A stretch of 64,000 nt of DNA from an uncultured Spirochaetota bacterium (GTDB lineage: Bacteria; Spirochaetota; Spirochaetia; SZUA-6; CAVTHK01). Shown piece after piece: positions 53,727-64,000 of this stretch. A model generated the notes under the pieces. The model had not been told where the DNA came from and ran no database searches. It saw only the letters and a list, made by a program, of their open reading frames with translations. The translations under genes and the position numbers were made by a program. Positions within the stretch are counted from its first letter, which is position 1; every line of letters starts with the position of its first letter. The stretch is from positions 32,001 through 96,000 of the forward strand of contig CAVTHK010000015.1 in the NCBI GenBank assembly GCA_963734495.1, given 5' to 3'.

Positions 53727-55248
53727 GTGATCACGATCCTGTTGCTGATGCTCGCTCCCTGTCTCGCGGCGCACGCCCAGCCCGTGACGCTCGCGGACGC
53801 GCTCACGGGCGCCCTCGAGCGCGACCTCTCCTGGGTCATCCAGCGCGCGGAGGCCGACCGGGGGCTCGCGGAAGCCGAGCAGGCCGAACGCGCCACCCTG
53901 GGGCGCGTCTCGATCAAGTCGACCGGGGCGAGGTACTCGACTTCGGTGTTCGAGGACCGGTACACCGCGACGGCCGCGGCGAGCCTCACCCTGGCGGCCG
54001 CGGGCGGCAGCACCGTGTCCCTGGACGCGCGGGACTCCTCGTTCTACCTCAACAGCCGCGCCGACGAGCTCGAGATGTACTACCACGACCCGCAGATCGG
54101 GGTCACGCTGAAGCAGCCGCTCCTCGCGGGCAGGCTGCCCGCGGGCGAGCTCTCCCGCGCGACGCGGGCGAAGCCGGCGGCCCTGCGGGCGGGGGCGCTC
54201 GTGTCTCTCGCCGACGCGCGGAACGACGCCGTCCTCAGGGCCGCGACGCTCTACTTCAGCTTTGCCGAGCAGCGCAAGCGGGTCGCCCTCGCCGAGGCGC
54301 GCCTCGCCGGCCGAAGAAAGGACCTGGAGAACCTCGAGCGCGGCTCCTCCCTGCGGCTCGGCGGGCGGCGCGAGGTCGAGAGGGAACGGCTTTCGATACG
54401 GGAGGACGAGATCGGCCTCGCGGATCTGAAGAGCGCGCTCGCCCGCCTCGAGCCGGAGCTCGCCCGGCTGCTCGGCCGCCCCGCGGGCGAGCCGGACTAC
54501 GAGGTCCCCTGCCCTGCCGTCCGCGCCGCGGGGCGACGATCTGCGGAGCAGGGCGCTGGCGTCCAGCGGCAGGATCCGGCGCGCGGACGCGGACCTCGCG
54601 ACGAAGCGGGCCCAGGCCGCCCTCGCGGCAGTGACCGACTCGCCCGCGCTCAACCTGGGAATGACGTTGAGCGGCGTCTACGAAGACGGCACCGACACGG
54701 TCCCGCGCCCGGCCGATGAGGCCCTGTACGGGCTGCGCCCCAGGGTGACCCTCTCGCTGCTGCTCGATCTGCCGCTGGGCCAGCGGCGGGACCGCGAGCT
54801 GGAAACGAGCAGGGCCGGCGCGCTCGTGCTCGAGGCCGCCACGAGGCGGGCGCGCGCCGAGGCGGACGTCGCGGCGGACGCGGAGGATCTCGTCGCGGAG
54901 CGCGGCCGGCTGGCGGATCTCGTCGAGGTCCGCCGGCAGCAGGCGGCCCTGGCCCGCGAGGAGCTGCGGACGCAGACCGACCTGCTCCCCTCGGGCCAGG
55001 CGACGGCCGCCGATGTCGCCCTCGCCCGCCTCGACGTGGACGAGCGGGAGCTCTCGGCCTGGCGCGCCCGGGCCGACCTGTTCCTGGCCGACCTGCGGGC
55101 GGCCGCTCTGGCGGGGGACGACCTGGCCCCTCCTGCTCACTGGTTCCCGTCAGGCCGCAGCAGGCGCGCCATGATGATGCCCTCGATGCCCAGGATCTTC
55201 TGCATGGTCTGCGCGCTCGGGACCCCGTCGATGCCGATGATGTTGTAG
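53727..55248 (+). CDS. TolC-like outer-membrane channel, frameshifted; end uncertain
   Basis: Signal peptide, VTLADAL, VTLKQPLL, ATLYF, LLLDLPL, GQATAADVALAR (two OEP-like repeats). Confidence 0.7.
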
Positions 55249-56325
55249 GCCAGATCGCCCCGGTGGCGGTTCAGCAGGTCCGAGATGTTGATGCCGTCCG
55301 AGGCCAGCAGGGTCGTTACCTGCCCCACCATGTTGGGGATGTTCCTGTTGGCGATCAGCAGGCGGCTCTCCGATCCGATCGAGCCCATCTCGCACTCGGG
55401 AAAGTTGATCGAGTTCCTGACGTTCCCGTTCTCGAGGAACTCGATCGTCTGCCGCACGGCCATCGCGGCGCAGTTCTCCTCGGCCTCGGGGGTCGACGCG
55501 CCCAGGTGCGGGATGGCGATCACGCGATCCATGCCCAGCAGCTCGGTGTCGGGAAAGTCCGTCACGTAGCAGGAAACGATGCCCGCCTTGATGGCGTCGC
55601 GCAGGTCGGCGTTGTTCACCAGCCCCCCGCGGGCCATGTTCAGGAGGCGGGCCCCCTTGCGCATGAGCGCGAAGCGCGCCCTGTTGATCATCCCGCGGGT
55701 CCCCTCGAGCAGCGGGACGTGCAGCGTGATGTAGTCGCTTTCGGCGATGAGGGCGTCGAGGACCTTGGCCCGCCGGACGTCGCGCGAGAGGCCCCACGCC
55801 GACTCGACGGAGATGAACGGGTCGTAGCCGACGACGTTCATCCCGAGCGCGACGGCGTCGTTGGCCACGAGGACTCCGACGGCTCCCAGCCCGATGACCC
55901 CGAGGGTCTTGCCTCTGAGCTCCGGCCCCTCGAACACTCCCTTGCCGCTCTCGACGAGCTTGGGGACGTCTTCGCCCTTGTCCTTGAGCGATCTCGGCCC
56001 ATCGGATGCCCTCGACGATGCGGCGCGAGGCGACCAGGAGCAGCCCGCGATGACCAGCTCCTTGACGCTGTTGGCGTTGGCGCCGGGGGTGTTGAACACG
56101 ACGATCCCGCGGGCCGTGCAGCGGTCGACGGGGATGTTGTTGACGCCGATGCCCGCGCGCGCGATCGCCTTGAGCGAGGGCGGCGAGCTCGAGCCCGTGC
56201 ATGTCGCCGCTGCGCACGAGGATCGCGTCGGGGGTCGGGATTTCCGAGGCGATCTCGTAGCCTTCTCTCGGAAAGATCTCCAGGCCCTTGGGCGAGATCT
56301 TGTTCAGGGTCAGGATGCGGAACAT
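55137..56325 (-). CDS. serA: D-3-phosphoglycerate dehydrogenase with ACT domain, frameshifted
   Basis: ARAGIGVNNIP, FNTPGANANSVKE, GLGAVG, TLHVP, NMARG, PHLGAST, NIPNMVG. Confidence 0.95.
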
Positions 56326-57412
56326 CAGCGGTTCTCCTTTTCGAATCCGGCCATGAAGGCGACGAGGGCGTCGACGCCCTCCTGCGGCATGGCGTTGTAG
56401 AGGCTCGCGCGCATCCCTCCCACGCTCCTGTGGCCCGCGAGCGAGAGCAGTCCGGCCTTCTCCGCTTCGGCGACGAACTTCTTTTCCAGATCAGGCGTGG
56501 GCAGCCCGAACGTGACGTTCATCCACGACCGGTCCGGCCCCTTGACCTTGGCGGAGAAGAGGCGGGAGGCGTCGAGGAACGCGTAGAGCGTCTCGGCCTT
56601 GCGGCGGTTGCGCTGCGCCATCGCGGCCACGCCTCCGTTCGCGGCCACCCAGTCGAGCACGAGGCCGGCGACGTACACCGCGTGGCAGGGAGGGGTGTTG
56701 TAGAGCGACTTGCCCTTGACGTGGGTGCGGTAGGAGAGCATCGTCGGCAGCTTGTCCGCGGAGCGCTCGACCAGGTCCTTGCGGATGACGACGACGGTCA
56801 GGCCCGCGGGCCCCACGTTCTTCTGCGCGGCGGCGTAGATGAGCCCGAAGCGCGCGACCTCGACGGGCTCGGAGAGCAGGCTCGAGGACATGTCGGCGAC
56901 CAGCGGGCACGCCGGCCGTCTCGGGGTAGGAGCACGAACCGCGTCCCGTAGATCGTGTTGTTCGAGGTGACGTGAAAGTAGTCGGCCCCGGGATCGAACG
57001 CCGCGGGGTCGATCGCGGGTATGCGTGTAAAGCGCTCCCCCTCGGACGACGCGACGACGCGCACGCTGCCGAGCTTGCGCGGCCTCCTCGATCGCCCGCT
57101 GCGACCAGTGACCGGAGCAGACGTAGTCCGCGCTGCGGTGCTCGGTGAACAGGTTCATCGGGACCATCGTGAACTGCAGAGAGGCCCCGCCCTGAAGGAA
57201 CAGGACGTGGTAGCCCGACAGGGATTCCCATGAGCTCCCGGAGGCGCTCCTCCGCGTGCTCGCATGACGCGCTCGAACTCCGGCGAGCGGTGGCTCATCT
57301 CCATGATCGACATGCCCGTGCCCGCGTAGCTCAGCGTGTCGCGCTGCACCTGCCGCAGGACGGGCTCCGGCAGGACCGCCGGCCCGGGAGCGAAGTTGTA
57401 CGGACGTTTCAC
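56325..57412 (-). CDS. serC: Phosphoserine aminotransferase, frameshifted
   Basis: NFAPGPAVLP, EMSHRS, NNTIYGT, DMSS, AQKNVGPAG, NTPP, GHRSVGGMRASLYNA. Confidence 0.96.
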
Positions 57413-58063
57413 CTCTGACCCTCCTCGCTGCGAAGCATCACGGACAGGTAGCGGAGCTCGTCCAGCACAGCGACGCTGTTGCAGACGAGCCCCGAGGGGC
57501 TCGGCCCGAGTGATCTGCCGGTCATGTTGAGCACGCCCCTCACGCCGCCGCGCGAGAGCCGTCCGAGGATCTCGCCGGCCGGTTGCGAGAGCGCCGTGAT
57601 GAGGGCGATCTCCACGCGCCTCGCGGCGGACGACCTCCTCCATGTCGTAGGTCGGAAACAGCGGCACGGCCGAACGGGTCGTTTCGAGGCGGTTGGTGCT
57701 GGAATCGAAGCCGGCGACGATCCGAAAGCCGCCCAGCCCGGCCCCGCTTCCGGAGACGAGCGCATGACCGAGCCAGTTGAGACCCACGACGCACACGCGT
57801 ACGGCGCGGCCCAGGCCCATCGCCTCCTCGAGCAGGCCCTTGAGCCCCTCCACGTCGTAGCCGACGGGCGACGGGCCGAGCTCCCCGACCGTGCTGATGT
57901 CGCGCCGTACGGATGCCGCGCTGGTCCCGAGGTCGGCGGCGAGCTCGAACGAGGTGACGCGCCGCCGGCCCTCGCTCGAAACGTCCTCGAGGCGGCCGTA
58001 GAGCGCGCAGAGTCGTCTCAGTGTCGCAGCCGCCGGCTTCTCACCGCGCCTTTGTCTGATCAC
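57409..58063 (-). CDS. rex: Rex-family redox-sensing repressor (divergent), frameshift near 57620
   Basis: TLRRLCALY, TSFELA, VRRDI, GYDV winged helix; VVGLNWLGHAL, FRIVAGFD, GVRGVLN Rossmann domain. Confidence 0.85.
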
Positions 58064-58071
58064 GACATCAC

Positions 58072-58100
58072 AAGCTAAGGGGGTTTGAGAGGATTGTCAA
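58072..58100 (-). promoter_or_regulatory. sigma70 promoter of rex-serC-serA
   Basis: TTGACA-N17-TAGCTT on minus strand, -10 ending 8 nt before the GTG start. Confidence 0.65.
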
Positions 58101-58130
58101 TAGCAGAAAGGTTGTCCGATGTCTACCTTC

Positions 58131-58148
58131 CTGTGAAATTATGAACAG
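58131..58148. promoter_or_regulatory. Possible Rex operator
   Basis: CTGTGAA-ATTA-TGAACAG vs consensus TTGTGAA-N4-TTCACAA (10/14). Confidence 0.4.
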
Positions 58149-58216
58149 AAGAGTATATTGAAGGTAATCAGGCGGCGGCTGCGTCAGCAACCGACAGCGC
58201 AGAGTCCGGCGGGTGC

Positions 58217-59959
58217 CTAAACGATGTTGTCGGGGTCGAGGTAGGCTGCGAGCTGGATCACCCGCTCCAGGTAACCGGACTTCCGCTTCTTCACGAAGAT
58301 CTGGAGAAGCGCGTAACGGGCTTCTTCGTCGACGCGCCACATCTGGATGCTCAGGGTGTCGCCTTCGGACAGCCCGGTATTGTCCGCCACCGAGCCCGGG
58401 ATCACCTGGCGGATGGAGTACTCGGCCTCCCACAGAAAGCCGCCCGCAGGCTCGATCCGGAAACCGAAGAGGGCCGGGAACAGGTTGATGCGGGCATCGT
58501 TGTCGAGCGCGACCTCCATGGGGCTCTTGGGCCGCTTGTCGAGCTGCAGCAGGCCGGACTGTACGGCCGCTCCCCTCTGCCACGTGCACTGGATGAGCGT
58601 GTCGGCGCCCAGGTCGAGGATATAGTCCTGAAGGTCGCGGATCCGGCTGAACTTGCGGCCGTCCACCGAGGTCAGGAGGTCGCCCGCCTCGCAGCCCCGC
58701 CCTGTCGGCGGGTTGTCCGGGAACGGTGTAGATCACCTCGAGGCCTCGGTCACTCTCCATGAGCGCCGCGCCGATCCACGGATGCACCACTTCGCCGCCG
58801 CGCATCAGGTCCGGCAGGACCTTCCGGATCCAGTGCTGAGGGATGGCGAAATTGAGCCCTTCGTACGGCCTGATGCCGGCGAACACGACACCGAGGATGT
58901 CGCCCCGATCGTCGAGGAGAGGGCCGCCGCTGTTGCCGGGGTTCACCGCGGCGTCGACCTGCACGACGTCCCCCATCTGCAGCAGGCGCCTGCGACCCGT
59001 CGCGGATACGATCCCCGACGTCAGCGTGTTCTGCAGGAACGGGTCGACCGGTGAACCGATGGCGAGCACCTTCTGCCCCACGGTCACCGGGGGGTCGGCG
59101 AACATCGGGAACGCGTAGTCCGGCTGCGACCTCCACCTTGAGCAGCGCCAGGTCGAAGACGGGGTCCCACGCGATGACCTTGGCCGGGATTCGCTCCTCC
59201 GCCCGGCGGGGCAGCCGGACGTACAGGCGGGAGTAGCCTTCGTACTTGGGGTCGACTTCGCTCTGTATGACGTGGTAGTTCGTGAGCAGGTGCCCCTGGA
59301 GTCTATGAAGAAACCGCTGCCCATGGCGCGGTCCGGCAGCCCCACACCGCCCTCGAACCGGATGCCCTTGTCGACCCAGATGGTCGCCGTGCCCTTGAGC
59401 ATCGTCGTCGTGCTCTGCGCCGCCGGGAGTCCCTGAACGCACCTGCTCCCACAGGCCGCCGAGACCCTTGTCGTCGAACGCCTTTTCCAGCGCCTGCGTC
59501 TCGGCCGCGTCGAAGAGCCCGGCTTCGATGCCCCTCGCGAGGTAGACCGAAGCGGAGATCGAGTCGTCGGCCTTGAGCCTCTCCTCGATGAACCTCGCCA
59601 GGATGCGCGGCGTCGACCAGTCGGGGAACCTCGATTCCTCGTTGAGCGCCTGGAGCGACAGATACAGCCGGTAGGCCTTTGCGAAATCGCCCGACCCGAC
59701 CGCGCCTCTTGAACGCCGAGGCGACGCCTTCGATGGCCTCGGCGCGGAAGCCGGAAAGATCGCCGCTTTCGCTGTCCGATGTACCCTTGCGCTGGAGGTA
59801 CTCGATGTCCTGGAGCGCCCGGAGGTAGTTGCCCGATTCGAGCGTCTGGCGGATGTCGCGGGCCTGGACCTCCGCGACGTTCCCGGGCGCGGTTGCCATG
59901 CGCGCCGAGAGGCACGCGGAAAGGAGGATGAGCGGAGCCGGCAGAAACCAACTCTTCAT
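58217..59959 (-). CDS. HtrA-like serine protease lipoprotein with PDZ, frameshifted
   Basis: LLSA-C lipobox; GSGFF, LTNYHV, DLALLK, NPGNSGGP; PWIG...PADRAGL PDZ. Confidence 0.9.
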
Positions 59960-59961
59960 GG

Positions 59962-61543
59962 CTACCCCTTTCGCGGAACGATCGCGGGCCACAGAAAGGA
60001 CGGCGGAGGGCCACGGTCGGGGGCCGCTGCGGAACGGTCGGGCACGCCGTCCTGGTCGTAGTCCCAGAGCCAGACCCGCCGGTCGAAGTCCACCGTGTAC
60101 TCAGCCACTCCGTTGTGGTCGAGGTCCACCTCGAGCCTCGAGATGCCCTGCGCCGACCACCTCTCCGTCACGTCGAAGATCCCGTCATGGTCCACGTCGC
60201 GCTGGCCCGTGGCGGGGCGCCCGGCGCGGTAGGTGAGCACGTAGTCCGGCTTGCCGTCGCCGTCGGTGTCCTCCCGATAGCCGGCCGGGACCCCGGCCTC
60301 GAGCACCCATGTCCGGCGCGGTCCGCCGGGCGCCTGAGCGCTGACCGCGGTTGCGGACATCGCGAGCGTCCCTTCGCGGGGGAGGTTCCCGAGCAGCCTC
60401 AGCCGCGCAGGGCCGGCCGCCCCCAGGCCGTCCACGAAGGGGCCCTGGACGCCGCGGGGCGGCAGGTCGAACGTCCACGTGGTCCCGTCGCGCACGAAGC
60501 TCGCGTGGGCAAGATACGGGTACGGATCGTACTCGTAGCGCACTCCGTCCGCTGTGAGCGTGCCCCGCTCGTAGCGGATCTCCGGGACGAGGTCCTGGTT
60601 CGCGTCCCGGATCCAGGAGACGAGGACGCCGTTCTCGTACTGGTAGATTTCCTCGGCGATCGAGTCGTTGTTCTCGTCCACCCAGCGCCTGCCCGAGAAC
60701 GCCGCCACCTGCTCGTCGTAGCTCTTCTGCAGGGCGGGATCGCGGGCCGCGGCCGCAGCGACCCGCGCGAGCAGGTCTACGCGCTGGTTGCCCCCCTGCC
60801 GAGAAAAAGCGCGCCAGCCGGGTCTGGTCCGGCGAAGCGGCGAACGCCTCGGCGAAGACCCGCGGGTCTTCCTGCCCCGACGGCACCGAGTAGTCTTCGA
60901 GGCGGAAGCCGCCTTCGGCCAGCGCGGCCAGCGCCCGCTCCGCCGCGATCCGGGGTCGCCGGGCACGACCATCGCGGCGAGGTCGAGAATTTCTTTGACG
61001 GGCATGCCTTCCGACTTGAGGGCGCGCGCCCGCAGGACGTGGAGATCCGCGTCGGTCGGATAGCGCCGCAGGCCCGCCTCGATGGCCGACAGGGAGGCCT
61101 CCCGGTTCCCCGATCCGAGGTGAGCGGCAGCAGCCAGCCGGAAGGGCTCCACGCGGCCCGCATCCGCGGGCGAGAGCGCGTCGAGCGCTCGCAGGGCGTC
61201 CTGGGTAGCGGCCCACGCGGACCAGGAGCGACGCCAGGTCGATGCGCGCGGCCGCACGCGGTCACCCGCGCGAAGCGCGCGCCGGCGACGGCGCGGCTCA
61301 GGAGCGAGATCGATCGTTCGACGTCAGTGTCGACGCTGACCCGTGCGAGGTAGTAGAGCGCGTCGCCGCTCGCCGGGTCGAGCTCGAGAGCCGCCGCGAG
61401 AAAGCGGTCGGCCGCGGTGCCTCTTTCGACAGCAGCGCGTCGATGCCCAGCATCAAGTAAGAATCGGCGGCCTCCACCGGTTCGGCGGCGAGGGTCAGGA
61501 CGAGGATCGGGATCGCAAGGAGCGCAGGGACAAGGCCCCTCAT
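59962..61543 (-). CDS. Exported TPR protein with C-terminal DxDxDG-like repeats, frameshifted
   Basis: Signal peptide, DALYYLAR TPR, repeated DxNxD/DxDxDG loops. Confidence 0.72.
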
Positions 61544-63413
61544 GGCTCTGCTTCGTCGTTCCGTTTGGCCGGCGGAAGACCCAGCAGCTCGCGGACTTCC
61601 GCGTCGTCGAGCGTCTCCCGGGACATCAGCGAGCTGGTGAGCTTGTCCATCTGCGCGCGGTGCTCCTGCAGGAGCTTCAAGGCCTTCTCGAGGCAGCCCT
61701 GGACGATCGACGTGGATCTCCGTGTCGATCTTCTGCGGCGGTCTCTTCGGAGTAGTCCTTGTGGCGCGCGATCTCCTTGCCTATGAAGATCGGCTCTTCC
61801 TTCTGGCCGTAGGCGATGGGGCCCAGCGTCTCGCTCATGCCCCACTCGCAGACCATCTTGCGGGCGATGTCCGTCGCCTGCTCGATGTCCGCCTGCGCGC
61901 CCGTGGAGGTCTGCCCGTAGACGATGCTCTCGGCGGCGTAGCCGCCCATCGCGATGGTCACGCGGTCGAGGAGCCAGGCCCGGTTGCGCGAGTAGGCGTC
62001 CGATTCCGGCAGCGAGATGGCCATGCCGAGCGCCCGGCCGTGCGGGATGATCGTGACCTTGTGCAGCGGGTCGGCGTTCTCCAGATAGTAGTGCAGCAGG
62101 GCGTGCCCGGCCTCGTGGTAGGCGGTCATCTTCTTCTCCTTGGGCGGGATGACGCGCGACTTGCGGGCGACCCCCATCAGCACCTTGTCGCGGGCCTCCT
62201 CGAAGTCCGGCCATGTCCGACGCGTTCCTTGTTCTTGCGGCCCGCGTACAGGGCGGCCTCGTTGACCAGGTTCGCGAGGTCCGCGCCCGAGGTGCCGGCC
62301 GTGGCCCTGGCGATGCGGCTCAGGTCGACGTCGGGCCCGACGGGGATCTTGGCGGCGTGGATGCTGCAGGATCGCCTCGCGCTCCTTGACGTCCGGCATG
62401 TCGACGACGACCTGCCGGTCGAAGCGGCCCGGGCCGCAGCAGGGCCGGATCGAGGACGTCCGGGCGGTTGGTGGCGGCCAGGATGATGACGCCGTCCTTG
62501 GTGTCGAAGCCGTCCATCTCGACCAGCATCTGGTTGAGGGTCTGCTCGCGCTCGTCGTGGCCGCCGCCGTAGCCGGCGCCGCGGGTCCTGCCGACCGCGT
62601 CGAGCTCGTCGATGAACAGGATGCACGGGGCGTTCTTGCGGCCCTGCTCGAAGAGGTCGCGCACGCGGCTGGCGCCGACGCCCACGAACATCTCGACGAA
62701 GTCGGAGCCGGACATGTGGAAGAAGGGCACGTTGGCCTCGCCGGCGATCGCCTTGGCCAGGAGGGTCTTGCCGGTGCCGGGCATCCCGACGAGCAGCACT
62801 CCCTTGGGGATCTTCGCGCCGATCTTCGTGAACCTGCCGGGGTTCTTGAGGAACTCCACGACCTCCTGCAGCTCGTACTTCGCCTCTTCCTGGCCGGCCA
62901 CGTCGGCAAAGGTGGATTTTCTGCCGCGGTCGAGGTACCGCTTGGCGCGGCTCTTGCCGAAGCGAGAACGCCTTGTTGCCGCTGCCCTGGATCTGGCGGA
63001 ACATGAACCAGATAAAGAAGAACCCGATCAACCACGGGAGGAACTCGAAGAACACCTTGAGCGGCGAGACGCTTCGCGACCCGCCCTGGATGACGACTTT
63101 GTTGGTCGATCATCCGATCGATCAGGTTGCCGTCGAAGTACGGAATGACCGTGCGGAAGGAGGTCACGGTGCTCGAGCCGTCCTTGAGCTCGCCCCTGAT
63201 GAGCTGGCCGTCGAGGATCTTGACCGACTGCACCTTGCCCGACTCCAGGTAGTTCAGGAAGTTGGAGTACGGGATCTCGCGCGAGAGGTCCGTGTCCTGC
63301 AGAAAGAAGAAGAAGACGAAGAAGCCGATGAGCACCAGCAGGGACACCAGGGCGGCCCTGTTGTTGAAGTTGAACCGCGGGTTCTTCGGATCGTTACCGT
63401 CGTTGTTTGGCAC
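61540..63413 (-). CDS. ftsH: ATP-dependent zinc metalloprotease FtsH, frameshifted
   Basis: 2 [51 protein letters not shown]. Confidence 0.97.
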
Positions 63414-63415
63414 CT

Positions 63416-64000
63416 TCAGCTCCGTCTCTCCACTGCGGCCGTCGACGGTCACGAAGCCCCGTCCGGCGGCACGGCCCCTATCGGCGACATATGCACCCCA
63501 TGGCAGGGCGAACACCGCGATCACCCCGTTCGCGTCCGCGACGACGCCGGCATCGTCGCGCGCCTCGAGAGGCACTCCCCACTGGCTCAGGAGCTTCTTG
63601 AGGCTCGTTGTCCCGGCTGCCGTGGGCACCCGGTCGCCTCGACGGCGGGAGCGGACAACGACCGGCGGCTGAATGCCGGCCCGGCCGATACTGATCGCTT
63701 GCGGCCGGCCGTCCTGCGCCTCCGCCCGTGCTTCCCCCGGCGGATGGGACCCCAACCGGTACGGGCCAGCCCGCTCGGCTCTTTCGACCGGCTCCGCTAC
63801 CAGAGTAAAATAGCCTGTTTTGCCGGGGCAGACAATATGCCGGGTCACGAGAAACCGGTTTTTGCCCAGTTTAATGCGCACCCCGGCGCCCTGCAGGAGC
63901 CGGTCGACCGCGCGCGGGCGCTCGTGCACCAGCCGCTCGATGGAGCGATAGGACAGCCGTGCCCGCGCGGGGGCCGCGCGGTCGACGACCCGGTACAGCG
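63416..64000 (-). CDS. tilS: tRNA(Ile)-lysidine synthetase, C-terminal part (5' end beyond window)
   Basis: VVRSRRRGDRV...SLKKLLSQWGVP..R pattern of TilS_C; usual position upstream of ftsH. Confidence 0.75.
63807..63835 (-). promoter_or_regulatory. Candidate internal promoter in tilS (for ftsH)
   Basis: TTGTCT-N17-TATTTT in an AT-rich patch about 390 nt upstream of ftsH. Confidence 0.45.

Noticed and set aside
61677..63929. Apparent TilS-FtsH in-frame fusion
   Set aside because: An out-of-frame TGA lies at 63416-63418 just before the FtsH GTG; one indel explains it at this error rate.

Overview
A 64 kb segment of a very GC-rich bacterial chromosome, most likely an uncultured Spirochaetota (inferred from the RpoD N-terminus, the mltG-dnaG-rpoD-Zn-ribbon-rnpB-TPR-mreBCD-mrdA-rodA order, the ParC/ParE type and a DUF1577-like PilZ protein). 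It is core genome: about 58 protein genes, 3 tRNAs (Tyr, elongator Met, initiator fMet) and RNase P RNA. I found no integrase, transposase, prophage, CRISPR array or recognisable defence island. Dozens of single-base frameshifts break even essential genes (dnaG, rpoD, rpsA, parC, parE, ftsH). I read these as unpolished long-read indel errors, so genes were rebuilt by joining frames by eye and many ends are approximate. I cannot demonstrate a complete new system. The best leads are: (1) an orphan TATAAT promoter followed by a self-complementary 105-165 nt non-coding element between two convergent genes (34.4-34.6 kb); (2) a probably leaderless, divergent Rex paralogue lacking the GxGxxG loop that heads a rex-serC-serA operon; (3) a ubiquitin-like/Mut7-C PIN RNase between the initiator tRNA and topoisomerase IV; (4) cyclic-nucleotide signalling parts (degenerate HD-GYP, split-motif PilZ, CHASE2 cyclase with a large insert, orphan PDZ/multi-TM kinase); (5) repeated AT-rich sigma70-like promoters embedded in coding sequence upstream of rpoD, mreB, recA, the cyclase and ftsH.
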